DNA of 35,304 bases from Candidatus Hadarchaeota archaeon (GTDB lineage Archaea; CAYQAE01; CAYVLA01): the NCBI GenBank assembly GCA_964452145.1, contig CAYVLA010000024.1, positions 1-35,304 on the forward strand. Direction: 5' to 3'. The notes under the pieces are model-generated. The model was not told the DNA's origin, did no database searches, and worked only from the letters and a program-made list of their open reading frames with translations. Made by a program: the position numbers and the translations under genes. Below, piece after piece: positions 26,710 to 34,170 of this stretch (its first letter is position 1; the number at the start of each line of letters is the position of its first letter).

Positions 26710-26993
26710 GCCTGCGGACCAGGGAGCGGCAAGGAGGCGGAAGACCCCCGGAGGGGTCAACAAGCTTCGGCTTGACGACCGTGGGTAAGGCACTCTGCGT
26801 GCTTGCACGCAGGTGTATGGTCGCTGGGAGGAATCATCGTTCCCGATCTTCCGTCCGGACTGATGAGGATGTGACGTCCCGAGAGGGACCTCACCCGTTG
26901 AGGCAGAGGCTCGCCTAGATCTCCCGTGAGGGGTGGGCCAAGGGGTGAGCAAAAGGAACGGGTTGCCAGACCCAAGCCTCAGAAGAGGACTGG
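26631..26993 (+). repeat. Direct repeat of 52/53 nt (26631-26682 and 26941-26993)
   Basis: AGGGGTGAGCAAA(A)GGAACGGGTTGCCAGACCCAAGCCTCAGAAGAGGACTGG, identical except for one extra A. Confidence 0.97.
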
Positions 26994-27021
26994 GAATTCG
27001 TTCGATTCCGCCTCCCCGCAA
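26732..27021 (+). ncRNA. BHB-flanked structured RNA unit 2 (predicted 290-nt excised/circular RNA), homologous to unit 1
   Basis: Central helix GCGG (26726-729)/CCGC (27016-019). Bulges CAA (26730-732) and AAA (27020-022). Inner helix GGAGGCGGAA/TTCCGCCTCC. Outer helix GGGA/TCTT, then GGAC/GTCC. UUCG, CUUG and GNRA tetraloop hairpins. Confidence 0.75.
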
Positions 27022-27097
27022 ATCTTGTCCCTGCAGAGCACGGCGGTTCAAGATCCTGTGCAAGCGCATTTTTATCCTGAGGCGCAGCCTCGCCCCC

Positions 27098-27460
27098 ATG
27101 CGGAACCCGGATGACGGTTACTTCCTTCCTGGATACGCAGACGCGAAGCTGATCAAGGCGGGGGGCACCCACAGACTCATGCTCTCCCATGTCTGCATCG
27201 GAGAAGCAACCTGCAACTCCGAAAGGCTCACCATCGACATACATCGCTACCAAGTCGGCGGCCACTCCGAGACAAATACCCATGACAATATGGAGCAGGC
27301 ATACTTCATACTCAGCGGCGAGGGGGAGGCCTCGGTCGGCGACTCCAAGTCCCCCGTGAGAAAAGGATCCTTCATCTTCATACCCCGTAGATCGCCCCAC
27401 TCGATCAGGAACACAGGCAGCGGGGAACTGGTCCTGGCATTCATCTCCGTCGTCCTGTGA
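27098..27460 (+). CDS. Cupin-domain protein
   Basis: GGHSETNTHDNMEQAYFILSGEG and GSFIFIPRRSPHSIRN cupin motifs. TTTTTATC about 25 nt before ATG 27098 suggests a leaderless transcript. Confidence 0.85.
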   Translation: MRNPDDGYFLPGYADAKLIKAGGTHRLMLSHVCIGEATCNSERLTIDIHRYQVGGHSETNTHDNMEQAYFILSGEGEASVGDSKSPVRKGSFIFIPRRSPHSIRNTGSGELVLAFISVVL

Positions 27461-27523
27461 TGGCCCCAGCTCCGTGCATCCGGGGTAACACAACACGGAT
27501 TGCTTTTCCGAGGCAACGAGATT

Positions 27524-29170
27524 CTACGCCGGTCCACACTCTTCAGATTCATCGTAGCCTGCGATCGGCCTCAGCGAAGCCCGTGCAATGACCTTGTAGG
27601 GACCCAGGCCCACGCCGAAGTTCAGGGTCACATGGAACGTCTTGCACCTCGAGGCCCAGGTGGACACGTCTTCCACGATAAGGCCGTAGCCGTAGACGCA
27701 GTCTGTGGGCTCCGCCCAGTAGTCCAGAAGGAGGTACATGGGCGTGTGCGTCGCACTGACGCAGACATGGATATCGGCCGACACAACCGATGGCTTTCCG
27801 CTCTTCCTTGCCACGACGGACAGATTCCCGACCTCGACGCTGACGCTTAGGTTGGCCAGATCCTCGTAGAGGGATCGCCAGTATGCTATCTCCGCAAGGG
27901 CGCCCTGTAGTTGCGAATTGCAGACCTGGTACAGGCTCTTCCAGTACTCGGCCTCTGATTGCCAGTAGGCAAGCTCCCCGCTTAGGACCTGACAGAGCGT
28001 GGCCCATCCGTCCCTCTCCCGCTCTGTCGCTCTCAGCATGGCCGTGAGATTCGTCGCCAGGGATCTCCATGCCTCCATCTCAGCAACGGAGGCATTGAGC
28101 CGCGACTGCAGGTCTAGGTAAGCGCTCCTGCACCGATCCCTCTCTCTAATCGCTGCCGAAAGCTGGGCAATCGTCTCCTCGTAGAGGAGTCTGAGCCTCT
28201 GATTCTCAAGCTTCTCCTCGTCCAGAGCTGAGGAAAGCCGCTCCGATCTGGCCCTTAGAGCCTCGATCTCCTGCTCCAACTCGTCGATCCTCTGGACTTG
28301 GACATGGTAGAGCTCCCTCCACCTGTCCCCTTCTAGGCGGCATACCCTCAACTCGCATAGCACATCGCGGTAGGACATCTCCAAAGCGTGGAACCTGCGA
28401 ATCCATTCGTCCCTGGACTGGGTTGCCTCAAGCAGCTGGGGACGGAGGACTCCGAGCTCGAACTGCAGCATGATGATCTGCATGGTCTTGTTTCGCAGTT
28501 CAAGATCCAGGATCGCCCTGTCCTTGGTGCACTGGCCAAGATCGGCCTTGAGCCTCTCGAGATCCCCCTGCAGATCGGCATATCTCTCCTCCAGGCACTC
28601 AAGACGGGCGGTGGCTAGGATGTACTCCGACCTCCACTTCTCCCCCTGCTGCTCCGCTTCCTTCAGCTCCTCCTCCAGCCTAGACTTGTCCTCAAGCGTC
28701 TCACCGAGAATCTCCTCGGCACGCCAGTACCGTGATTCCCAATCGCGGCAGCTTCCCGCAATGGACTCGATCTCATCCCGGCATTCCTCCAGGCGCACAA
28801 GATGATCGTCGGCCCTCTTCCTCCACTCCAGAACCTCGACCCTTGCTTCGTCCAAGGTCCTCGATTGGTTCTCGTACTCCGCCAGAAGATCTTGGTACAG
28901 CGCATCCTTTTCCCTGTATGCTCGCCTCCAAGGGGCCTTCTCGCCCTGCATGGTCCCGAGTACCCCCGCAAGATAAGCAAGGTAAAGGATCGAAGCGACC
29001 AAGGACACGGCCAGCAGGATGAGCGCGACCGACCGGAGTCCGGGCCGGTTGATCCCCCCGCCGGGGTGAAGGGATCTGGCCGCCCGATGGCTGACTGGAT
29101 GCCGGGTTGCCTCGGCCCTGTCTATCTGGCGCATCACCTGATACAGCTCCCAGTCAAGCTCGGATGACAT
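27524..29170 (-). CDS. Membrane-anchored long coiled-coil protein with C-terminal beta-rich domain
   Basis: One TM segment (VALILLAVSLVASILYLAYLAGVL), about 350 aa of heptad-rich helix and a beta-rich C-terminus. Start placed at MSSELDW. Confidence 0.8.
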   Translation of the reverse strand: MSSELDWELYQVMRQIDRAEATRHPVSHRAARSLHPGGGINRPGLRSVALILLAVSLVASILYLAYLAGVLGTMQGEKAPWRRAYREKDALYQDLLAEYENQSRTLDEARVEVLEWRKRADDHLVRLEECRDEIESIAGSCRDWESRYWRAEEILGETLEDKSRLEEELKEAEQQGEKWRSEYILATARLECLEERYADLQGDLERLKADLGQCTKDRAILDLELRNKTMQIIMLQFELGVLRPQLLEATQSRDEWIRRFHALEMSYRDVLCELRVCRLEGDRWRELYHVQVQRIDELEQEIEALRARSERLSSALDEEKLENQRLRLLYEETIAQLSAAIRERDRCRSAYLDLQSRLNASVAEMEAWRSLATNLTAMLRATERERDGWATLCQVLSGELAYWQSEAEYWKSLYQVCNSQLQGALAEIAYWRSLYEDLANLSVSVEVGNLSVVARKSGKPSVVSADIHVCVSATHTPMYLLLDYWAEPTDCVYGYGLIVEDVSTWASRCKTFHVTLNFGVGLGPYKVIARASLRPIAGYDESEECGPA

Positions 29171-29270
29171 CTGGGCGCCCCGCCTCTTTCCACAGTGGAC
29201 TGGCAAGTTTAAAGCCTATCCCAGCGAATTCGCTAAAGGATTCCAAAGCTTGAGGAAGGGATCCTGAACC

Positions 29271-29621
29271 TCAGCCTTCTCCGGCATGGGCCCTGACACC
29301 GTCGAGCCGAAAAACCGTCTCTGGTCCGATAGCGTAACGGGCCCTTAGGCCTTCCGGGAAATCATCGAAGCCCAGCAGCTCAACTCTCCTGCCTAGGATA
29401 TCGGAGGCATCGAACTGGAAGTCCTCAAGGTAATCGTACGAACCACACGATCGGCATGAGGTACCTCGAAACTCGACTTCCAGCACCGACCGGTCCAGTT
29501 TTGTGACCCGCGCGGTGATCTCGGGCGTCCTGTACAAGTTGAACAGATGGATGGCCCTTGAAACCTGTCTTAGGAGGCCTCGACGGTTCTCAGGGGTTCC
29601 ATCCGCGGTCACCAGCGACAC
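29271..29621 (-). CDS. Small archaeal-type hypothetical protein with CxxC motif
   Basis: FNLYRTPEITA...VEFRGTSCRSCGSYDYLEDF. It lies in a tightly spaced same-strand gene run. Confidence 0.7.
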   Translation of the reverse strand: MSLVTADGTPENRRGLLRQVSRAIHLFNLYRTPEITARVTKLDRSVLEVEFRGTSCRSCGSYDYLEDFQFDASDILGRRVELLGFDDFPEGLRARYAIGPETVFRLDGVRAHAGEG

Positions 29622-29628
29622 CCTTTCC

Positions 29629-29988
29629 TCACGTCCTAGAGGCTTCTACCCTTTCCAGGATCTTGGCGATCGATATGGGGTTTCTCAGGACCTCGCCCAC
29701 CGACTCCAACTCCGGAGGGATCCTGTCCCGCGCCCCGGCCAAGAAGATGACCGGCGACCTATCGGAGAGATCCCTGAGCCCTTGGATCTCGCGTCGGTCC
29801 GGAGACCGCCTCCAGATGTCAACCACAACCAGAGCGGGCACGCGCCCGCCGAGGTAGATCCACCGTCTCGCATCCTCCGCGGACCGGAAGGCTGAAACCT
29901 GCGCTCCCCCGCCCAGAAGACGACTCTTCAGCGAGGTTCTCTTACTCGAATCGGGGCTGATCAGCACAACGACCTTACGGCTCGTCAA
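29629..29988 (-). CDS. Receiver (CheY-like) domain protein, atypical
   Basis: Alpha/beta pattern VVVLI...AFRSAEDA...PALVVVDI...SPVIFLA...VLRNPISIAKILERV. Confidence 0.6.
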   Translation of the reverse strand: MTSRKVVVLISPDSSKRTSLKSRLLGGGAQVSAFRSAEDARRWIYLGGRVPALVVVDIWRRSPDRREIQGLRDLSDRSPVIFLAGARDRIPPELESVGEVLRNPISIAKILERVEASRT

Positions 29989-30778
29989 TCAGATCACCAC
30001 TCTCATCCCAAGCTTCTCGCACTCGGTCCGTATTGTCTCGGCGGCGGCAGAGAAGTGCTGCTGGAGCCTATGCAGAGAGGCGTATTCATCCGCCAACTCC
30101 GGGAAGGTAGTCGATATGCACGCTCTCAACCTTGTCCACGTGCCCGGCTTGGGGCGGAAGGAGTCGAATCCCAGCATGCGCCAGGCGTTCCAGCAGTGCC
30201 TCCAGCTCGCCGGGGCGATCGGTTATCCCGGGCATGATGGGGGCTATGAAGGCCCAGGGCCTCAGGCCCCTGTCGGCGGCCTTGGCCATCGCCTTAAGTC
30301 TCTCATCCACGCTGGAGGCACCCGGCTCCAAGGTCTTCCTCGCCGAGTCGTCAGCATAGGCCAGGCTGAAGCCCAGCTCGAAGTCCGAGAACTGCGAGAT
30401 GATATCCAAGTCCCTCATGCAAAGCGCGGACTTGGTCAGAAGAGAAACGGGTAGATCGGCCTTTGCCAGAAGCTTCAGACACTTCCTCGTCAACTCATGC
30501 CGGGCCTCCAGGGGTTGATACGCATCGGTCACGCTACCCAGCCAGACCGAACCCCTCTCCTGTCTGTTCAGCTCCTTTGACAGAACCGTGGGGATGTTGA
30601 CTCTTACGTCAACGAACGTCCCCCAGGGACGGTTCTCCCTGAGTATCGCCGGAGAGTAGCAGTAAACGCAGCCGTGTTGACACCCCCTGTAGGGGTTCAG
30701 GGAGTACTTGAACCCAGGTAGGCCGCAGCGACCCAACGCACTCCGGCAGGTGATCTGGCGGACTACTGGCTCAACCAT
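29989..30778 (-). pseudogene. Radical SAM protein (SplB/Rv2578c-like family), frameshifted near 30164-30171
   Basis: YSLNPYRGCQHGCVYCY (CxxxCxxC), GSVTDAYQPLE...LTRKCL, LTKS...RDLD, LEPGASS...RL, APIMPGITD. The C-terminus continues in ORF 29989..30177. Confidence 0.8.
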
Positions 30779-30812
30779 CTCGATGACCGCCGGGCGGCGC
30801 CAGCAAGACAAC

Positions 30813-31376
30813 CTATTCCATCATGATTATCTCTTTCAGCCCATCCGAGAGGGACTTCATGGGGATCACGGCCTCGCCCGATATCAGAACGTGGGATGTG
30901 GCGATTCGTGAGCCCAGAGCCTTCACTGCCTCTTCCTTCCATGAAGTCGACATCCATGTCACGAAGCGTTTGGCCCCGTAGTCCCCTATTGCCGGGACCA
31001 ATCCGGGGAAGTCCCTTTTCAGCGCCTCCCCCGGCTTGCGCTGGGACTCGAGTGCGGGCGGCAGAGAATGGCCCGCTGCAAGAATCCCGGCAACCACCGC
31101 ACACCTGTGTAGTTCAAGCCTTCTGGCGAGCTTTCCCACCAGCTCGTAGTAGACGTTCTTCCCCAGGGGGGTCTCGGTCTCTGACTTGAGTATGTCCCCG
31201 TTGAGCACCAGTATCTTCAGATAGATCTTGTAGGATCTCTGCGAAAGCGTGACGGGCTCCGGCCTCCAGGTATGCTTCCTCCCGCAGACCTCGCTCTCGA
31301 GCACATCGCTCCTGACCCGGCCACCCAACCGAAGCAGGGCATCCCTGATCACGGCGTACTTGTCCTCGGCTTCCAT
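30813..31376 (-). CDS. Hypothetical protein (start uncertain, 31376-31478)
   Basis: Protein-like ORF heading the minus-strand run. TTTATAA at 31444-31450 on the minus strand suggests a start downstream of the ORF-track start. Confidence 0.6.
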   Translation of the reverse strand: MEAEDKYAVIRDALLRLGGRVRSDVLESEVCGRKHTWRPEPVTLSQRSYKIYLKILVLNGDILKSETETPLGKNVYYELVGKLARRLELHRCAVVAGILAAGHSLPPALESQRKPGEALKRDFPGLVPAIGDYGAKRFVTWMSTSWKEEAVKALGSRIATSHVLISGEAVIPMKSLSDGLKEIIMME

Positions 31377-31561
31377 GACCTCTTCCAATCCAGACACCTG
31401 ACTTCCAGAAACTGCTGGGATGCTGGCGGATCGGACCCCGAACTTATAAATCGATGTCCACATCCGCATCCCCGTCATCCACCGGTGAGCCTTCGGAGGG
31501 GCTGACGAAAATGCCCCGACATCCGTGCCGCGAGCATTTATCTGAGCTTGAGTTCCACAGG

Positions 31562-32164
31562 ATGCCGATCGGATTGACCATTCTCAAAGAGATGGGAACG
31601 CCCTGGTTCCATGCGGAAGGAGTGCCCGGGATCGACCTGCGGAAATGGACGCTGAGGGTGACGGGCCTGGTATCAAGGGGCCGGAGCTTCGCCATGGATG
31701 ATATCAGGGCAATGCGTTCCGTGTCCGTCGATGCAAGGCTCACCTCTGTAAGCGGCTTCTCGGTGAGAGCAACTTGGGATGGAGTCCTCTTCTCCGACTT
31801 CATGAAAGAAGTAGGCCCCGAGCCGAAGGCATCCCACGCAACCTTCTCCAGCGTGGGGGGATACGACTCGACGATCAGTCTGGAGGATCTCACCATGCCG
31901 AAGGCCATTCTGTGCTATGGTGTGGGGGATGAGCCCCTCGAGATGGAGTACGGCGGACCCTTGAGGCTCCTGGTCCCCCACCTTTGGGGATACAAGAGCG
32001 TCAAATGGCTCGCCTCGGTGGATTTCACCGATAGGATGAAGGGGGGATACTGGGAGGACCGGGGATACACCAGGGAAGCCCGCGTAGAGCCGGGGTACAC
32101 GCTGGACATCAACACGAGGACGCGGCGACCCATAAGAGGCGGGGGCGAGGTCACGGAGTTCTGA
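31562..32164 (+). CDS. Molybdopterin-binding oxidoreductase (sulfite oxidase/YedY-like family)
   Basis: WTLRVTGLV, TSVSGFS...WDGV, YDSTISLEDL, GGPLRLLVPHLWGYKSVKW, GGYWEDRGY. The usual Mo-ligating Cys position (HCV) reads TSV. Confidence 0.85.
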   Translation: MPIGLTILKEMGTPWFHAEGVPGIDLRKWTLRVTGLVSRGRSFAMDDIRAMRSVSVDARLTSVSGFSVRATWDGVLFSDFMKEVGPEPKASHATFSSVGGYDSTISLEDLTMPKAILCYGVGDEPLEMEYGGPLRLLVPHLWGYKSVKWLASVDFTDRMKGGYWEDRGYTREARVEPGYTLDINTRTRRPIRGGGEVTEF

Positions 32165-32305
32165 GGCTCAGAGGGTGTCGGCCCGCCCATCACAAGTCAT
32201 CGTTCCCAGAACTCCTCCGCTGTAGGCGTCCTCATCCACCCATTCACCCGTGAATCGCGAGCCTTATTAATCTCTCAGAGAACCAGTCCTGCGATCCGAG
32301 AAGCC

Positions 32306-33460
32306 ATGACGACCCTCATCGTGGCCATCAGCGCTCGGGCGGCCGCCGAGAGTGCGATCCGCTCAGGCTACGGCGTGCAAGCACTAGACGTCTTTGGGGA
32401 CACAGATCTGATGGCGGCCTGTCCCGCCAAGTCCCTGCTCTTCGATTTCGCCGAATCCCATCGGGACGTCCAATCCACCACAGTCCGTCTGTTCCTCTGC
32501 AGCCTCCAGCTGGATTTCGACGATGTTGTCTATGGTTCGGGATTTGAAAACCATCCCGAGTGCGTCAAGGAGTGGGAAAGGCTCGGGAAGACCGTCTTGG
32601 GCAACGATTCGGAGACCCTCGCGGCCGTCAGGGACTGGGCCCGGCTTTTCGATTCTCTCGATCGTTGGCGGATCGACCATCCGGAGACCTACTTTTGCCA
32701 AGGCCTTCAAGGATGCGATATCGGCGCGATCGAGCCGTCGCAGTTCATCGTGAAGCCTGCCTCCAGCGGAGGGGGCCATGGGATCCGGGCGCTGGTGGAT
32801 GTCCTGAAATCTCCGGATATGCTCGCCTCGTGGTGGAACAGGCCGGTTCTCGTCCAGCGTCGACTCAGGGGGACTCTGGCGTCGGCGTCCTTCGTTTCGG
32901 GGGATGCCGGGTTCCGGCTTCTCTCAACCACGCTGCAGCTGGCGGGAAACCCCTTCTCGCCCTTCAGGTACTCGGGCAACATCGCGCCGCTGGACGCTCC
33001 CCATGCAATCGGAAGAAGGATGGCTTGGATAGCCAAGCGCATAGCGACCGGGTACGATCTGAAGGGATGCAATGGCCTGGACTTCATGATCGTGAGGCGG
33101 CGGGTCCACGTGCTAGAGGTCAATCCCCGCCTGCAGGGGAGCCTGGAGGTGGTCGAACCGGCCTCGGGTACCGGGGTCTACGATGCCCATGTCAGAGCCT
33201 GCAGGGGCCAACCAATCCGTGGGGCCCGAAGGAGCAGGGGCTACTGGGGTCGGAGGATAGTATTCGCGCCCAACGACCTCGTTGTGAGGGGCCTTGGGGA
33301 CCTGGATAGCGTCAGGGACATCCCAAGGGATGGAAGTACAATACAGGCCGGGATGCCCATCTGCACCGTCCTGGCCCATTCCGACACAGGCCGTGCCTGC
33401 GGCAGCCTGCTGCAGGATAGAGAGAAGAGAGTTATCAGCTTCCTGACACGGGCCGCCTAG
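32306..33460 (+). CDS. ATP-grasp ligase (COG2232-like carboligase)
   Basis: SARAAAESA...GY.V.ALD.FGD.DL, GSGFEN, VLGN, VKP.SSGGG.GI, FRYSGNIAP, G.NGLDF, LEVNPRLQGS, DIP..G..I..G.PICTV. Confidence 0.85.
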   Translation: MTTLIVAISARAAAESAIRSGYGVQALDVFGDTDLMAACPAKSLLFDFAESHRDVQSTTVRLFLCSLQLDFDDVVYGSGFENHPECVKEWERLGKTVLGNDSETLAAVRDWARLFDSLDRWRIDHPETYFCQGLQGCDIGAIEPSQFIVKPASSGGGHGIRALVDVLKSPDMLASWWNRPVLVQRRLRGTLASASFVSGDAGFRLLSTTLQLAGNPFSPFRYSGNIAPLDAPHAIGRRMAWIAKRIATGYDLKGCNGLDFMIVRRRVHVLEVNPRLQGSLEVVEPASGTGVYDAHVRACRGQPIRGARRSRGYWGRRIVFAPNDLVVRGLGDLDSVRDIPRDGSTIQAGMPICTVLAHSDTGRACGSLLQDREKRVISFLTRAA

Positions 33461-34126
33461 ATGGCCTCGCTCCTGTTCGTGTTCGGAACGGCGTTCGTGG
33501 TTGGCCTGACTGGTGCCATGATGCCGGGACCGGTTCTGATCGCCACTATCAACAGATCGGCAAGGATGGGCTTCAAGGCCGGTCCGCTGGTGGTCCTTGG
33601 GCATGCCATCATCGAGGCCACTCTCGTAATTGCGATCGTCGTTGGGGTTGGCTCAGCTCTCGAGAGGCCTGTGATAATGAATCCAATCCTGGTGGGGGGA
33701 GGCGTCATGCTCATCATCCTGGGAACCATGATCCTGAATGACCTGAGGCTGGGGAAGGTGTCCCTGCCCTCCGGACCGGATCTTGAGGCATCTCGGGTCA
33801 GGGAATCAGCCGCGAAGCCGGTGATCGACGGCATCCTGACCAGCGCCTCCAATCCGTATTGGATGGTCTGGTGGGCAACCATCGGACTCGCCTACATCGC
33901 CATTGCAGCCGAGATGGGTCCCCTAGGCATTCCGGCTTTCTACTCGGGCCACATACTGTCCGACCTTGCATGGTACAGCATGATCTCGGCCGGAGTAGCT
34001 TTGGGCGCAAGGTACATCTCCAACTCGGCATATCGACTGCTTCTGGGCGGATGCTCACTTTTTCTCATCGGACTGGGGATGCTCTTCGCTTCCAGAGGAG
34101 CTACGGCCATGATGCCCATGGGCTGA
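33461..34126 (+). CDS. LysE-family transporter
   Basis: VGLTGAMMPGP, GF.AG.LVVLGH...E, SASNPYW..WW, multiple TM helices. Confidence 0.9.
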   Translation: MASLLFVFGTAFVVGLTGAMMPGPVLIATINRSARMGFKAGPLVVLGHAIIEATLVIAIVVGVGSALERPVIMNPILVGGGVMLIILGTMILNDLRLGKVSLPSGPDLEASRVRESAAKPVIDGILTSASNPYWMVWWATIGLAYIAIAAEMGPLGIPAFYSGHILSDLAWYSMISAGVALGARYISNSAYRLLLGGCSLFLIGLGMLFASRGATAMMPMG

Positions 34127-34170
34127 GGCATGGCGCGATTTTTATTCGTCCGAGACCCACCGACGCGAGC

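Noticed and set aside
26856..26890. Hammerhead ribozyme or C/D-box sRNA suggested by CTGATGA (26860-26866)
   Set aside because: No GAAA core follows stem II (GAGA sits in a GTCCC/GGGAC tetraloop), there is no suitably spaced D box, and the motif is absent from unit 1.
26370..27046. CRISPR array, SRP RNA, RNase P RNA, known riboswitch or IscB/TnpB omega-RNA
   Set aside because: The ~310-nt period is far too long for CRISPR and there are no cas genes. I found no SRP helix-8 CAGG/AGCA motif, no RNase P GAGGAA-NUCC, no cobalamin/TPP/FMN consensus and no adjacent nuclease or transposase. This was judged by eye and an Rfam search is still needed.
26341..27099. ORFs across the ncRNA cassette (e.g. 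26383..26694, 26526..26918, 26367..26732, 26668..27099) and the N-terminal extension of the cupin ORF from 26933
   Set aside because: They have low-complexity G/P/R-rich translations, the repeat block is read in inconsistent frames with a 1-nt indel, and conservation follows base-pairing rather than codons.
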